From positions 1,196,168-1,260,167 of the forward strand of contig NZ_JAJQXW010000001.1 of the NCBI RefSeq assembly GCF_021246445.1: a stretch of 64,000 nucleotides of DNA. Reading direction: 5' to 3'. Under the pieces are notes generated by a model, which was not told the DNA's origin, ran no database searches, and saw only the letters and a list, made by a program, of their open reading frames with translations. Both the position numbers and the translations under genes were made by a program. How positions within the stretch are numbered: position 1 is the stretch's first letter; the number at the start of each line of letters is the position of its first letter. Of the stretch, positions 62,113 through 64,000 are shown in pieces. Source of the stretch: Rhabdothermincola salaria. Its GTDB lineage: Bacteria; Actinomycetota; Acidimicrobiia; Acidimicrobiales; Acidimicrobilacustridaceae.

Positions 62113-63354
62113 TCACGTCGGGGTCCCGGAGGCGATCCTGACGGACCAGGACGACGATCGTCGACGCTCGAACGCGGTGCGCGCGTCGGTGAGGAGCGCT
62201 TCGTAGTTCTCCATGACCACATCCCAGGCATAGTGCTGCTCGACGTAGCGACGGCCGGCCTGCCCGAGGCGCTCGGCCACGGCGGGCTCTGCCAGCAAGA
62301 TGTCCAATGCGGCCTCGAACTCCGCGAAGCCGACATAGGGGATGGCCCCGCCCGACCTACGGCTCTGGCCGACCAGGACATCGCACCGCCCCTGCACCAG
62401 GGCCGCTCGTTCGAGGGCCCACGCCTCGGTGAGCGCCATCGAGAAGCTCTCGAAGTACGACGGTTGGAGAAAAGCCAGCGAGCCGGCCAAGGCGTCGGTC
62501 TTCGCTTGCTCGGACAGGAAGCCGGTCAGCACGACATCGGGATGCGGTGGCAGCGGCACGACCTGGTCTCCCACGACCACGAGCTTCAAGGGCCCCGGGT
62601 TCCGTTCCTTGTAGGTCAGGAAGTACTGGTAGGCCTCGAGAGACCCCTTCCCAGGGTCCACTCTCCCCACGTAGACGAGGTACGGCTCGTCGCCGAGCCC
62701 GTGGGCCGCCCTGAACGTCGACCCGTCGCCCTCGACGTCGAGGTCCACCCCCACTCCCAGCACGTCGTTGAGGGTCTGCACCCCGCGGCTCTCCTCGACC
62801 AGCCCGCGCTCTTCGACGGTGAGGTAGCCGATCGCATCCGGCAGGCGGAAGAGTCGATCGTAGAGGGGCACGGTGAAGCCCGGCTCGTGGTGGGCAGTCG
62901 GGTGGAAGACCGTGCACACCTTGCCGGCCACTGCCTCGAGTCCGCGCACCGTGGGGAAGTAGTGGTACGTGAAGAAGACGATGACGTCGAGGTCCGAGGC
63001 GCGCTGGACCAGGTAGGCCGGAAGGTCCACGGTGCGGGGGCCCATGCGGTCCACCCACTCCTCCTGCAGGAAGAGCGGCACCGGTCGGTTGGTACCCACG
63101 TTCACCCAGTTGATGTCGGAGAAGTGTGCATCTCGAGGCCGATCGACCGGGAAGCGGTGAACCGTCACCCCGTTGACGTCGGTGGGGCCGGCCGGGAACT
63201 CGTTCACCCAGTCCGTGTAACGCCGAGCACAGCTCGTCGCCACCTCGACGTGGTGCCCGCGCTGCAGCATGTGCTCGGCGAACAGCCGGCAGCACTGCTC
63301 CGATCCCCCGGCGATGTCCTCTCCATAGCGTTGGACCACGAACATCAGCCGCAT
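62113..63354 (-). CDS. GT4 glycosyltransferase
   Basis: VQRYG..IAGGSE, PTAHHE, VGRVDPGKG, PSYFESFSMALTEAW. Confidence 0.9.
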   Translation of the reverse strand: MRLMFVVQRYGEDIAGGSEQCCRLFAEHMLQRGHHVEVATSCARRYTDWVNEFPAGPTDVNGVTVHRFPVDRPRDAHFSDINWVNVGTNRPVPLFLQEEWVDRMGPRTVDLPAYLVQRASDLDVIVFFTYHYFPTVRGLEAVAGKVCTVFHPTAHHEPGFTVPLYDRLFRLPDAIGYLTVEERGLVEESRGVQTLNDVLGVGVDLDVEGDGSTFRAAHGLGDEPYLVYVGRVDPGKGSLEAYQYFLTYKERNPGPLKLVVVGDQVVPLPPHPDVVLTGFLSEQAKTDALAGSLAFLQPSYFESFSMALTEAWALERAALVQGRCDVLVGQSRRSGGAIPYVGFAEFEAALDILLAEPAVAERLGQAGRRYVEQHYAWDVVMENYEALLTDARTAFERRRSSSWSVRIASGTPT

Positions 63355-64000
63355 CAGATGACCTCGGCCAGTTCGTCGAGGAACGCGCTGATGTTGCGGT
63401 CGAGCACGAGCTCGTCAGCCCGCCGGCGCCCGTGCGCGCCCAGCTCCTGGGCGAGGCGCCGGTCAGCGTGGACCTCGCTGACCGCCTCCGCGAGCTCGAC
63501 CGCCCCCGTGTCGGCCGGAAGGACCATGCCGCCGGCGCCGACCGTGTCGGCCAGGCCCCCGGAGTCTCGAGCGATGACCGGTACTCCCATCGCCAGCGCC
63601 TCGAGGACCGCGGGCGACGACCCCCGGTGCTCACTCGCCGTGACCACGATGTCCGCTCGGCGCATCACCGCGGCCAGCGCATCCTCACCCAGCGCACCGA
63701 GCATGAGGCACATGGGGATCCCCAGGTCCCGGGCGTGCTCCTGCAACGCCCTCGCGGTCACCGGGTCGGTCGAGGGACCGACGATCGCCAGCGTCGACGA
63801 GAGACCGATCCGGTGCAGAACGAGCTGCGCGTGCAGGATCACGTCGAGCCGTTCGTGCGCCAGCAGCTCGCCCACGGCGACCACGAGGGGATCGCCCACA
63901 TAGGCGCTCAAGGTCTGCATGGCGTTCTCATCGGGGTCGACACGCCGCAACCGCCCCACGTCCAGCCCGACCGGGATCGTCACCACGTCGACGTAGCCGA
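63354..64000 (-). CDS. GT4-like glycosyltransferase (5' part beyond window)
   Basis: ADIVVTASEH..LEALAMGVPVIARDSGGLADTVG; TGATG coupling with the downstream gene. Confidence 0.8.
   Translation of the reverse strand, partial: GYVDVVTIPVGLDVGRLRRVDPDENAMQTLSAYVGDPLVVAVGELLAHERLDVILHAQLVLHRIGLSSTLAIVGPSTDPVTARALQEHARDLGIPMCLMLGALGEDALAAVMRRADIVVTASEHRGSSPAVLEALAMGVPVIARDSGGLADTVGAGGMVLPADTGAVELAEAVSEVHADRRLAQELGAHGRRRADELVLDRNISAFLDELAEVI

Overview
A very GC-rich actinobacterial chromosome segment, most consistent with Acidimicrobiia (inferred from gene content and arrangement). It holds about 53 densely packed CDSs dominated by cell-envelope glycan biosynthesis. Left part (1-30.7 kb): manB, a GT2 plus GT-C-like pair, CAAX protease, DUF3499, ftsH, DUF5719 with a large GT2-membrane fusion, rmd/gmd/fcl, cofD/cofE, an NDP-sugar pyrophosphorylase, several GT4s, uxs, ugd and an LCP. 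Middle (30.8-42.4 kb): housekeeping genes (pabB/pabC-like, birA, acyl-CoA carboxylase alpha, lpdA, fetAB-like, methylmalonyl-CoA mutase, meaB). Right part (42.5-64 kb): a Wzm/Wzt polysaccharide locus with a multi-repeat secreted protein, a GT-C, a Wzx-like flippase, GT2+DUF2304, and an oxidoreductase/aminotransferase/LpxA-like trio. Highlights: (1) a 458-aa LAGLIDADG intein inserted just before the catalytic Cys of UDP-glucose dehydrogenase; (2) an LpxA-like acyltransferase with GnnA/GnnB-like partners in a monoderm, beside a GacIJKL/PpgS-like decoration module, suggesting an undescribed acyl-aminosugar surface modification; (3) a mosaic of structured intergenic repeats with compensatory base changes, with a dispersed copy 20 kb away; (4) abrupt strand-skew patches and many leaderless-type promoters. 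No rRNA, tRNA, CRISPR or transposase was recognised. All calls come from reading motifs by eye; no searches were run.
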